This document shows positions 39,893 to 48,240 of a DNA stretch of 64,000 nucleotides, piece after piece. The notes under the pieces were generated by a model. The model was not told the origin of the DNA and made no database searches. It saw only the letters and a list, made by a program, of their open reading frames with translations. The stretch comes from Alphaproteobacteria bacterium (GTDB lineage: Bacteria > Pseudomonadota > Alphaproteobacteria > Bin95). Where the stretch lies: positions 32,001 through 96,000 of the forward strand of contig OZ219786.1 of the NCBI GenBank assembly GCA_964291285.2, written 5' to 3'. Both the position numbers and the translations under genes were made by a program. How positions within the stretch are numbered: the stretch's first letter is position 1; each line of letters starts with the position of its first letter.

Positions 39893-41080
39893 TCAACCGG
39901 CAATGGCGGGTTCCTCCGACAGCGCGGCTTCGGCGTCGTAGCCGTAAAGCCAGATCTGCCCCGGCGGGAAGCCGCCGCGATAGTCGGCGCGGTCCTTCGC
40001 TAGCTTGGCGTTGCGCGCCGCGACCTCCGCCGGGTCCGCCATAAGGCAGTGGTGCTCGATGGCGCGGGACCAGCCCTGCACCCGGTTGGCGCGCTCCCGG
40101 CGCAGCGCCTCGTAGCGTGCAAGGCCGTCCTCGCCCGCGTCCTCGGCAAGGCAGCCGGCCAGCACCCAGGCGTCCTCCAGGCTCATGGCGGCGCCCTGCG
40201 CGTGATAGGGCATCATGGCATGCGCGGCGTCGCCCAGCAGCACCGTTCGCCCGCGCGTCCAGGCAGGCAGGGCCTCCCGGTCGAACAGCGCCCATTCATG
40301 CACGGTCTCCGTGCGCTCCACCATGCGCGTGACCGTGGGCGGGAAGGGCGCCATCGCCGCGGCGGCGTCCTCCACCCGGCCGAGGCGGGACCACGACTCT
40401 GGCGTCTCGCGGTCCGTGCGCGCAATCGCGATCCAGTTCATCAGCCGCCCGGCCGAGACCCAGTAGCGCACCATGCAGGCGTCCGGCCCCCACCAGACGC
40501 CCGACTCGCGCGGAATGTCGAGATCGGCCAGCCGCTCGGCCGGGACCAGCGCGCGCCAGGCGACGGAGCCCGAATCCCGCGCATTGCCCGTGCCGAAGAG
40601 GTGGCGGCGCACCGGGCTGTGGATGCCGTCGGCGCCGATGACGATGTCGGCCTCCACGATCTCGCCGTCCGTCAGAGTCAGCCGCTCTCCGTCCACGGCG
40701 GCGACCTGCGCCCCGAGCCGTATCCGGCCCGAAGGCTGGCGCTTGAGCAGTCCGTCCAGCAGGTCCGCGCGATGGGCGTGGTAGTAGGGATAGCCGAAGG
40801 TCTCGCGCGCTTCCCGGCCGAGCGGGGCCTCGACCAGCATCTCGCCCTCATGGCTGCGGATCGCGAGCCCCTCCGGCTCGACGCCCCACCCGGCCATGTC
40901 GTCTTCGAGACCCAGCCAGTTCAGGATGCGCGTGGCGTTGGGGCTGAGCTGGATACCGGCGCCCACCGCCTCGATGCGCGGCGCCTGCTCCAGCACGACA
41001 GCGTCGATGCCGCGCTTTGCGAGGGAGAGGGAAAGCGCCAACCCGCCGATGCCGGCGCCTACGATAACGATCCGTGCCAT
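39893..41080 (-). CDS. FAD-dependent monooxygenase (salicylate hydroxylase-like)
   Basis: VGAGIGG, GAGIQLSPN, GADGIHS, GDAAH.M.P..AQGA. Confidence 0.88.
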   Translation of the reverse strand: MARIVIVGAGIGGLALSLSLAKRGIDAVVLEQAPRIEAVGAGIQLSPNATRILNWLGLEDDMAGWGVEPEGLAIRSHEGEMLVEAPLGREARETFGYPYYHAHRADLLDGLLKRQPSGRIRLGAQVAAVDGERLTLTDGEIVEADIVIGADGIHSPVRRHLFGTGNARDSGSVAWRALVPAERLADLDIPRESGVWWGPDACMVRYWVSAGRLMNWIAIARTDRETPESWSRLGRVEDAAAAMAPFPPTVTRMVERTETVHEWALFDREALPAWTRGRTVLLGDAAHAMMPYHAQGAAMSLEDAWVLAGCLAEDAGEDGLARYEALRRERANRVQGWSRAIEHHCLMADPAEVAARNAKLAKDRADYRGGFPPGQIWLYGYDAEAALSEEPAIAG

Positions 41081-41098
41081 ACAAGCTGCTCCGCGGGC

Positions 41099-42730
41099 TC
41101 AGTTGCGGCGTTCCAGCAGGCCGCGCGCGATGACGTGGGCCTGTATCTCGGCCGCGCCCTCGAAGATGTTGAGGATGCGGGCGTCGCAGAGGATGCGCCC
41201 GACCTCGTATTCCTGCGAATAGCCGTTGCCGCCATGCACCTGGACGGCATTGTCGGCGTTCGCCCACGCGGCGCGGGCGGCGAGCAGTTTGGCCATGCCG
41301 GCCTCGATGTCGCAGCGCCTGCCGCCGTCCTTCTCGCGCGCGGCGAAATAGGCGAGCTGGCGGGCGATCTGGGTCTCGACGGCCATCCAGGCGACCTTGC
41401 CGGCGACGCGCGGGAAGCCGAGGATCGCCTTGCCGAACTGCCTGCGCCCGGCGGCGTAGTCCAGCGCAAGCTCCATCGCGCGCTCCGCCACGCCCACCGA
41501 GCGCGCCGCGGTCTGGATGCGGGCGCTCTCGAAGGTCGCCATCAACTGCTTGAAGCCCTGGCCCTCCTCGCGACCGAGCAGGTTTTCCGTATCCACCTCG
41601 AAGCCGTCGAAGCCGATCTCGTATTCCTTCATGCCGCGATAGCCGAGCACGGGAATTTCGCCGCCGTCGATGCCGGGGTCCGGGAAGGGGTCGCCGTCAT
41701 CGCCGCGCGTCTTCGGTGCGAGGAACATGGAAAGGCCGCGATAGCCGGGCGTGTCGGGGTCGGTGCGGGCCAGCAAGGTCATCAGGTCGGCGCGCGCCGC
41801 ATGCGTGATCCAGGTCTTGGCCCCGCTGATCCGGTAGGTTTCGCCGTTGCGGACCGCGCGGGTCTTCACGCCGCCGAGGTCCGAGCCGACATCGGGTTCG
41901 GTGAACACCGCGGTCGGCAGCACGGCGCCGCTCGCAATGCCGGGCAGCCAGCGTTCCTTCTGCTCCTGCGTGCCGCCCATCCGTATCAGTTCGGCCGCGA
42001 TCTCCGATCGGGTGCCGAGCGAGCCCACGCCGATATAGCCGCGCGACAGCTCCTCCGTGACCACGCACATGGCCACCTTGCCCATGCCGAGGCCGCCCCA
42101 TTCCTCCGGCACGGTGAGCCCGAACACGCCCATCTCCGCCATGTCTTCGACGACCGCCATCGGGATGAGCTCGTCGCGGCTGTGCCAGCCGTGCGCCGGG
42201 CCGACGATGCGATCGTCCGCAAATCGCCGGAACTGGTCCCGCACCAGGGCGAGCGACTCGTCCTCCAGCCCGTCGGACGGCCTGTGGCCGTCGGCAAGCA
42301 GGGCGGCAATTTCCATGCGCGCGGCATTCGAATTGCCCTCGGCTGCCACGCGCTCGACGGCGGGAAGGCGCAGCGCAGCGCCGTCGATGCCGAGGTCCGC
42401 GGGCCGGACCACTTCTCCCTGCGAGACGGCGATGCCGCCCGCAAGCTGGGCCAGATACTCCCCGAACGCGGCCTGCAGGACGAACCGGTCGAGGTCCGTG
42501 AGACTGTCCGCCGCCTCCAGCCGCTGCGCCCAGCCCAGCATTTCCCGCAGGCCCGCCACGTAGGTCGCGGTCCAGGCGAAGCCGTGGGCGGCGAACTGGT
42601 CGCGCTCGAGCGCGGCGGGGTCGGTCCGGCCGCCGGCCTGCACGCGCGCCGCCACGCTGCCGCGCGCCTCTTCCAGATAGGACCGGGCCGCGCCGAGGGC
42701 CTCTTCGAGGAGGGGGATCGGGAGGGTCAT
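41099..42730 (-). CDS. mcd: Acyl-CoA dehydrogenase, likely (2S)-methylsuccinyl-CoA dehydrogenase (ethylmalonyl-CoA pathway)
   Basis: Long N-terminal extension (QFAAHGFAW.ATYV), GSLGTRSEIA, VLGYRGMKEY, CDARILNIFEGAAEIQ. Confidence 0.75.
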   Translation of the reverse strand: MTLPIPLLEEALGAARSYLEEARGSVAARVQAGGRTDPAALERDQFAAHGFAWTATYVAGLREMLGWAQRLEAADSLTDLDRFVLQAAFGEYLAQLAGGIAVSQGEVVRPADLGIDGAALRLPAVERVAAEGNSNAARMEIAALLADGHRPSDGLEDESLALVRDQFRRFADDRIVGPAHGWHSRDELIPMAVVEDMAEMGVFGLTVPEEWGGLGMGKVAMCVVTEELSRGYIGVGSLGTRSEIAAELIRMGGTQEQKERWLPGIASGAVLPTAVFTEPDVGSDLGGVKTRAVRNGETYRISGAKTWITHAARADLMTLLARTDPDTPGYRGLSMFLAPKTRGDDGDPFPDPGIDGGEIPVLGYRGMKEYEIGFDGFEVDTENLLGREEGQGFKQLMATFESARIQTAARSVGVAERAMELALDYAAGRRQFGKAILGFPRVAGKVAWMAVETQIARQLAYFAAREKDGGRRCDIEAGMAKLLAARAAWANADNAVQVHGGNGYSQEYEVGRILCDARILNIFEGAAEIQAHVIARGLLERRN

Positions 42731-42812
42731 GGGTTCCGGCGGATGCCTCTTTCAGGTGACGCCGTTATAGCAAGACTATACACTTGCGGGCCGCAGTCCC
42801 GGTGCCGCACCC

Positions 42813-43772
42813 ATGCCGCTTCTCGACCCGAGCCCGACCTACAAGCCCTTCCGCTATCCGTGGGCTTACGATGCATGGCTCACGCAGCAGCGCATCCACT
42901 GGCTGCCGGAGGAAGTGCCGCTGTCCGACGACGTGGCCGACTGGCGGCGCATCCTCACCTTGGCCGAACGGAACCTGCTCACCCAGATCTTCCGCTTCTT
43001 CACCCAGGCGGATGTCGAGGTGAACAATTGCTACATGAAGCACTATGCCCGCGTCTTCGAGCCGACCGAGGTGCAGATGATGCTGGCAGCCTTCTCGAAT
43101 ATCGAGACGGTGCATATCGCCGCCTACAGCCATTTGCTGGACACGGTCGGGATGCCGGAGGTCGAGTATTCGGCCTTCATGCGCTACAAGGCGATGCGCG
43201 ACAAATACGACTACATGAAGCAGTTCGGCTCGGACTCGAAGGAAGACATCGCGCGCACGCTGGCGGTGTTCGGCGCCTTCACCGAGGGGGTCCAGCTTTT
43301 CGCCAGCTTCGCCATCCTGCTCAACTTCCCGCGCTTCGGCAAGATGAAGGGGATGGGGCAGATCGTGGCCTGGTCGGCGCGCGACGAGACCCTGCACACC
43401 GAGAACGCCATCCGGCTCTTCCGCACCTTCGTCGGCGAATATCCCGAAGTGTGGACCGATGCGCTCCGCCGGGACCTCGCGGACGCCTGCCGAACGGTGA
43501 TCGAGCATGAGGACGCCTTCATCGACCTCGCTTTCGAGATGGGCGGCGTCGAAGGCCTGGAGGCGGAGGAGGTGAAGTCCTACATCCGCTTCATCGCAGA
43601 CCGGCGGCTGGAACAGTTGGGCCTTGAGCCGATCTTCGCCGTGGCGGACAACCCGCTTTCCTGGATGGACGAGATGCTGAACGGCGTCGAGCACGCCAAT
43701 TTCTTCGAGAACCGCGCCACCGAATACGCCAAGGCCGCAACGCGCGGCAGCTGGGAAGAGGCGTTCGCCTGA
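42813..43772 (+). CDS. nrdB: Class Ia ribonucleotide reductase beta subunit
   Basis: YKPFRYPWA, FFTQAD, EGVQLF.SFA, RDETLH, NFFE. Confidence 0.93.
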   Translation: MPLLDPSPTYKPFRYPWAYDAWLTQQRIHWLPEEVPLSDDVADWRRILTLAERNLLTQIFRFFTQADVEVNNCYMKHYARVFEPTEVQMMLAAFSNIETVHIAAYSHLLDTVGMPEVEYSAFMRYKAMRDKYDYMKQFGSDSKEDIARTLAVFGAFTEGVQLFASFAILLNFPRFGKMKGMGQIVAWSARDETLHTENAIRLFRTFVGEYPEVWTDALRRDLADACRTVIEHEDAFIDLAFEMGGVEGLEAEEVKSYIRFIADRRLEQLGLEPIFAVADNPLSWMDEMLNGVEHANFFENRATEYAKAATRGSWEEAFA

Positions 43773-43794
43773 TCCGGAGGCAAGCCGATTGGCG

Positions 43795-43824
43795 CCGGAC
43801 CCCGGAACAAGTCCGGGCATGACG
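43795..43824. repeat. REP-like hairpin
   Basis: ccggaccccggaacaagtccgggcatgacg, similar to 11471-11499. Confidence 0.6.
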
Positions 43825-43865
43825 AAGGGGCGCATGAGACCGTCCGGCCCAAGGCCCCCCGAAAA

Positions 43866-43882
43866 TGTCATGTTTTGTCATG
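43866..43882 (-). repeat. 2x CATGACA repeat, 10-bp period (copy 2)
   Basis: Reverse complement CATGACAAAACATGACA is identical to 12350-12366 and contains the ORF stop codon. Confidence 0.85.
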
Positions 43883-44857
43883 GTCAGGGGCGGAACCGGC
43901 GTCCTCCGGGCCGGTCCTCCGCTTCTTCCCCTTCTTCTTTTTCTGCTTCTTCCTGCTCGCCGCCGGTCCGCTCCAATCGTCGTCTTCGTCGCCGCCCCGC
44001 TCTTCCCGTTCGAGGCGGCTCTGCCTGCGTTCCTCGACCTCCTCCGGGGCCCAGGGGTCGTAGATGTCGTCGAAGCCGTTGCGGCGCTGGTATAGCCAGT
44101 CATGTTCGGCGCCGTCGGCCCGGTCGTCGTCGGTGCTGTCCTCGTGGCCGGGCGTGTCGGCGGCGGCCCAGGGGCAGTATTCGTAGGTCTCCTCGGGCGG
44201 GTCGTCGGCCGGCGGCAGGTCGTTTGCCGGCGCGGGCGGGGGGCCGAAGCCGACGGGCAGGCGGGAGCGCTCCTCGACGGCCGCGGCGAGCCTGCGGGCG
44301 GCCTCCTCATGTGCGGCCCCGTCGAAGCCCTCCTGCGCCTCCATCGCCTCGCGGCTCTCGCGGTGGCGGGCGAGCGCTCGTTCGGCCCGGGCATGGCCGC
44401 TGCGCACGGCGTCTGCGAGCGGTCCGGGCTCGGTGCCCGCCTCCTGCGCCTCGCCCGCTTCGATCTCGCCGAACTCGTCCTCGTGCGGCAGCGGCCAGAG
44501 GCGGGCCCGGTTCGCGCCGGCCGGACTGACAAGCCCGGCGACCTCGGCCTGGAAGCGCAGCACCCGGAGCATCATGTAGGCCGAGCCGCTGGCGACGGCG
44601 GCATCCCAGGCCTGCTCCGAGCGGGCGAGCAGGATGCGGGCCTCGTCGCGTTCGGTGCGCCGCCACGACAGGCGGATGCGGCGCACGCGCTCAACGATGT
44701 AGGGCCGCTCCAGCAGGGCGCATCCGGTCTGGCGGGCGGAGCGCTCGGCATAGCCGGCCTGCCTTGCGGCGTCTGCGGCATTGCCGGAGGCGGTGTAGTG
44801 GCGGCAGAAGGCCTCCTGGCGGGTGGAAAGCGCGACGGCGGGCTCGATGATGGGCAT
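43868..44857 (-). CDS. Orphan protein with an N-terminal phage terminase small subunit (Terminase_2-type) domain and a long acidic/Pro-rich tail (cassette 2)
   Basis: LSTRQEAFCRHY..SGNAADAARQAGYAERSARQTGCALL..P.I matches the TerS HTH signature; RBS gaaagga; ends AGSAPDHDKT*. Confidence 0.75.
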   Translation of the reverse strand: MPIIEPAVALSTRQEAFCRHYTASGNAADAARQAGYAERSARQTGCALLERPYIVERVRRIRLSWRRTERDEARILLARSEQAWDAAVASGSAYMMLRVLRFQAEVAGLVSPAGANRARLWPLPHEDEFGEIEAGEAQEAGTEPGPLADAVRSGHARAERALARHRESREAMEAQEGFDGAAHEEAARRLAAAVEERSRLPVGFGPPPAPANDLPPADDPPEETYEYCPWAAADTPGHEDSTDDDRADGAEHDWLYQRRNGFDDIYDPWAPEEVEERRQSRLEREERGGDEDDDWSGPAASRKKQKKKKGKKRRTGPEDAGSAPDHDKT

Positions 44858-45107
44858 GGGGTGCGGGTCCTTTCGTTCCGCTGGCGTTCGACAGGCAGGC
44901 CCGGCGGGGAGCGACCCTTATTCGCGCGCAATCGCGGGCGGGCGCGGGCGGGTGTCGGCGCCGGCGCGGTTCGCGCGCCTGATTGCGCGTGCGCGAGGCA
45001 GGCACAGGACGCACTTCGCCTGTCGGCTGAATCGGGGTCGTTCCGCACCGGGCCGGCGCGGGCGGGAAACGGCTCCGGATGCCGCTTACCTTGCACCCAT
45101 CATATCA
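44858..45107 (-). promoter_or_regulatory. Conserved structured 5' leader (copy 2) with an extended -10-like motif
   Basis: Homologous to 11570-11786; TGaTATGAT at the reverse complement of 45099-45107, next to an AT-rich patch. Confidence 0.6.
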
Positions 45108-45380
45108 CGGGTTTTCCTGATTCAGACCATAAACAGAGAAATATTGCCTATATTCTATGAACAAATTGTCGCATCCGTTCATCGTCCCCGCAAAACGGGA
45201 TCATTCCTGACGTCCGATACTGCCGCAGGCCGGGGGGATCAGGACCGGCCGACCGGAGCCGCCACGAGAGTCAGGGCCGGCCCCCGGCTTCTCCGCTCGG
45301 GGGCAAGGACAGGCGCGGGCCGGAGTCCGTTCCTGCCGTTTCAATCTGAACGGATCATGTCCCGGAGCCTCGCCGGACGG

Positions 45381-46013
45381 CTACTCGGCGGCAGCCTCAC
45401 CGTTTTGCACGAGATCGAAGAGAGGCGCGAAATATTCCGGTTCCTGGGCGCCGGAGATGGCGTAGCGGCGGTCCACCACAAAGCAGGGCACGCCCTGAAT
45501 GCCCATCGCCCGCGCCCGCGCGTCCTCCTGCCGGACTTCCTGGCTCGCGGCGTCCGAGGCGAGAAAGGCTTCCGCCCCGCATCTGTCCCAGCCGGCGCGT
45601 GAAGCGATATCCGCCAATTGCTCCCTGTCGCCGATATCCTCGCCGTTCAGGAAATAGGCGTCGAAGAGCGCGTCCACCACCGCCGTCTGCCGCTCGCCGG
45701 ACTCCCGGATGAGCCGGTGCGCGGCGAGCGTGCTCGGCGTGCGCTCTATGGTGTCGAAGCGGAATTCGATGCCTTCCGACCGTCCGGTCTCGCGGATGCG
45801 GTCATAGGCGGGCCCGCCGCCTTCCGCGCCGAATTTGAGCGTGAGATAGTCCTGGCGCGCCATGCCTTCGGGCGGCATGCCCGGATTGAGCTGGAACGCC
45901 CGCCAGCGAATGACCGGGTCCAGGCCGGGCCGGGACTCCAGGGCGCGGGCGAGGCGCCGGCGCCCGATGAAGCACCAGGGGCAGATGACGTCGGAGAAAA
46001 TCTCGATCAGCAT
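45381..46013 (-). CDS. DsbA/FrnE family oxidoreductase
   Basis: SDVICPWCFIG, FQLNP, GVP.FV, SGAQ. Confidence 0.9.
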   Translation of the reverse strand: MLIEIFSDVICPWCFIGRRRLARALESRPGLDPVIRWRAFQLNPGMPPEGMARQDYLTLKFGAEGGGPAYDRIRETGRSEGIEFRFDTIERTPSTLAAHRLIRESGERQTAVVDALFDAYFLNGEDIGDREQLADIASRAGWDRCGAEAFLASDAASQEVRQEDARARAMGIQGVPCFVVDRRYAISGAQEPEYFAPLFDLVQNGEAAAE

Positions 46014-46052
46014 GGGCCGGCAATATAGGAGCGGCCTCCGGGGGAGGGAAGC

Positions 46053-46814
46053 GTGTCGATTGACGGAATGCTGCGGCTCGACGGCAGGACGGTGCTGGTC
46101 ACGGGCGCATCGCGCGGCCTCGGGCGGGGTTTCGCCTGGGTCGCGGCCGCAGCAGGTGCGCGCGTGGCGCTGGCGGCGCGGGACACGGAGGCGCTTGCCG
46201 AAGCGGCGGCGGGCATCGGCGGCGCTGCGGTCGTTCCCATGGATGTGACCGACCGCGAACAGGTGTCGGCGGGTTTCGACGCCGCAGAGAAGGCGCTCGG
46301 GCCCGTCCACGCCATCGTCAACAATTCCGGCGTCGCCGTGACCCGGCGGCTGCTGGAAACGGAGGAAGACGACTGGCGCCGGGTCATCGACACCAATCTC
46401 ACCGGCGCCTGGTTCGTGGCCCAGGAGGCGGCGAAGCGGATGGTTGCGCGCGGCGAAGGCGGCAGCATCGTCAATATCGGTTCGCTGCTGGGCCTGCGCA
46501 CCGGGCGCGGCGCCGTCGGCTACGCCGCCTCCAAGGCCGGGCTGCACCACCTGACGCGCGTCATGGCCGCCGAGCTCGCCCGCGACCGTGTGCGGGTGAA
46601 CACGCTCGCGCCCGGCTATGTGCTGACCGACCTCAACGAGGAGTTCTTCGCCTCGCCGCCGGGGCAGGCGCTGATGCGCCGGGTGCCGATGGGCCGCCTG
46701 GGCCAACCGGAAGAGCTGGCCGCGCCGCTGCTTTTCCTGCTGTCGGACGCCTCGGTCTACATCACCGGCCAGCTGCTCGCCGTGGACGGCGGGCATTCGG
46801 TGTCCAATGCGTGA
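46053..46814 (+). CDS. SDR family oxidoreductase
   Basis: TGASRGLG, NNSG, YAASK. Confidence 0.9.
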   Translation: MSIDGMLRLDGRTVLVTGASRGLGRGFAWVAAAAGARVALAARDTEALAEAAAGIGGAAVVPMDVTDREQVSAGFDAAEKALGPVHAIVNNSGVAVTRRLLETEEDDWRRVIDTNLTGAWFVAQEAAKRMVARGEGGSIVNIGSLLGLRTGRGAVGYAASKAGLHHLTRVMAAELARDRVRVNTLAPGYVLTDLNEEFFASPPGQALMRRVPMGRLGQPEELAAPLLFLLSDASVYITGQLLAVDGGHSVSNA

Positions 46815-46966
46815 AGGGCTGGGCGGAGCGTACAGTCTGGCGGATGGATAGCCGGTGCTCCGTTTGTGGGAAATCCATATCTTCTAAATCGTCGAAATTC
46901 TGCAACTATGATTTTCACGGCTTCCACTTTTCGGTCCTTTCCAGTGACTCTTGTGGCAGCAGTTCG

Positions 46967-47728
46967 CTACTTTGGGTCAAACGCCGGCTTTCCTCTGATT
47001 CGATCAGCGGTTGCCAGAAGCCGCTCTCTGGCTTTGCCTAGGAATTTCGTGTCGAACCGGCTGAGCATTCCAAACGTCGACAGCGTCAGAACGGTTTTTC
47101 CGGCGGTGTCCCGAATAGGGACTGAAACGGCCGCGATATCAGGTTCGTTGTCGCCCAGGTTCAGTGCATACCCTTGATCTCGAACGCTTGCCAACTCAGT
47201 TTCAAATTTTCCGGCATCGGGCATCGATGCGTGTGACCCAACAACCTTTTGCGCCGATAGCCGGGCATTTCGCTCGGCCGGCGACATCTCGGCAAGCCAG
47301 AGTTTCCCCTGCGCGGTAGAATGAAGGGGCAACAGCGTCCCGACTGTGATGTTCACCGATATCGGGCGCGTCGAGTTGGCAACGGCCACGCATGTCGGAC
47401 CGTGCCGTGTCAGGCGGCAGACCATCACCGACTCATTCAGGTCCCTGCTCAGCCCATCGATTTCGGGCTGAAGGACCTGAGCCAGCGCGTCGGTTTCTTC
47501 GGCAATCCAGCCGAGCTCTTCGATCTTTGGGCCCAGCGCATAGTAGCCCCTCTTGGTGCTGCGAACCGCACCCGCGTGTTCCAATGTCATCAGAAACCGA
47601 TGTGCCGTGGCGTTGTTCATGCCCATCCGCTCGACCACCGTCGCCGATGAGATTTCCCGTTGGCTTGGCGAGAAAAGCGACAGAATTTCAAAGCCTTTCA
47701 GCACTGAGTTGTTGAGCGGTGTGGCCAT
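46967..47728 (-). CDS. IclR family transcriptional regulator
   Basis: SVLKGFEIL, ATAHRFL.TL, PLHSTAQGK, GYA, AAVSVPI. Confidence 0.9.
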   Translation of the reverse strand: MATPLNNSVLKGFEILSLFSPSQREISSATVVERMGMNNATAHRFLMTLEHAGAVRSTKRGYYALGPKIEELGWIAEETDALAQVLQPEIDGLSRDLNESVMVCRLTRHGPTCVAVANSTRPISVNITVGTLLPLHSTAQGKLWLAEMSPAERNARLSAQKVVGSHASMPDAGKFETELASVRDQGYALNLGDNEPDIAAVSVPIRDTAGKTVLTLSTFGMLSRFDTKFLGKARERLLATADRIRGKPAFDPK

Positions 47729-47844
47729 GCGTCCAAACCTCGTGTTCGCCTTTGCACATCCTGTGTCGAAACCCGGCTTGACAGAAATGATTCTACCACA
47801 CATTATATAAGATAATAATCTCATAATATGAGATAGGGGAGAAA

Positions 47845-48240
47845 ATGGCTCTCGGCCTGCCGATCGATAATGAAGCTGTCGCCGAGATGGTCGGTTCGTT
47901 ATTTGAACGACGGTCGCCGATGACGGGCGAAGTCGTGACCACCGCTGCCGCTGCCTGGGAAGCGCAAGACCACGCCGTCGAAATCGCCAATGACACGAAA
48001 TACGGGCTGACGGGGTCGGTTTTCACGCGCGACGTCGGCAGAGGCCTTGAGGTTGCCAAGCGCATGGTGACCGGGATCGCCCATGTCAACGGACCGGCGG
48101 TGGGCGACGAAGCCCAGATGCCCTTCGGGGGGACCAGGGCAAGCGGCTATGGCCGGTTCGGCGGACCGGTGGCAATCGACGAGTTCACCGAGCTCCGCTG
48201 GATCACCATCGAAGACCCGGATCAGCACCACCCGATCTGA
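47845..48240 (+). pseudogene. Aldehyde dehydrogenase with a large in-frame internal deletion
   Basis: ALDH N-terminus (FERRSPMTGEVV) fused directly to the C-terminus (ANDTKYGL, MPFGG...SGYGRFGG); only 131 aa. Confidence 0.85.

Noticed and set aside
40049-43510. Very long ORFs such as 40049-43510 (+), 12112-15021 (-), 15028-17694 (+) and 20959-22911 (+)
   Set aside because: They are antisense or off-frame shadows of well-supported genes in high-GC DNA and have no recognisable motifs.
42813-43772. nrdB without an adjacent nrdA as a novelty
   Set aside because: Split nrdA/nrdB loci are not unusual, and nrdA may lie elsewhere in the genome.
45170-45380. Possible ncRNA between cassette 2 and dsbA
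   Set aside because: GC-rich with weak hairpins only; no recognisable RNA family motif.
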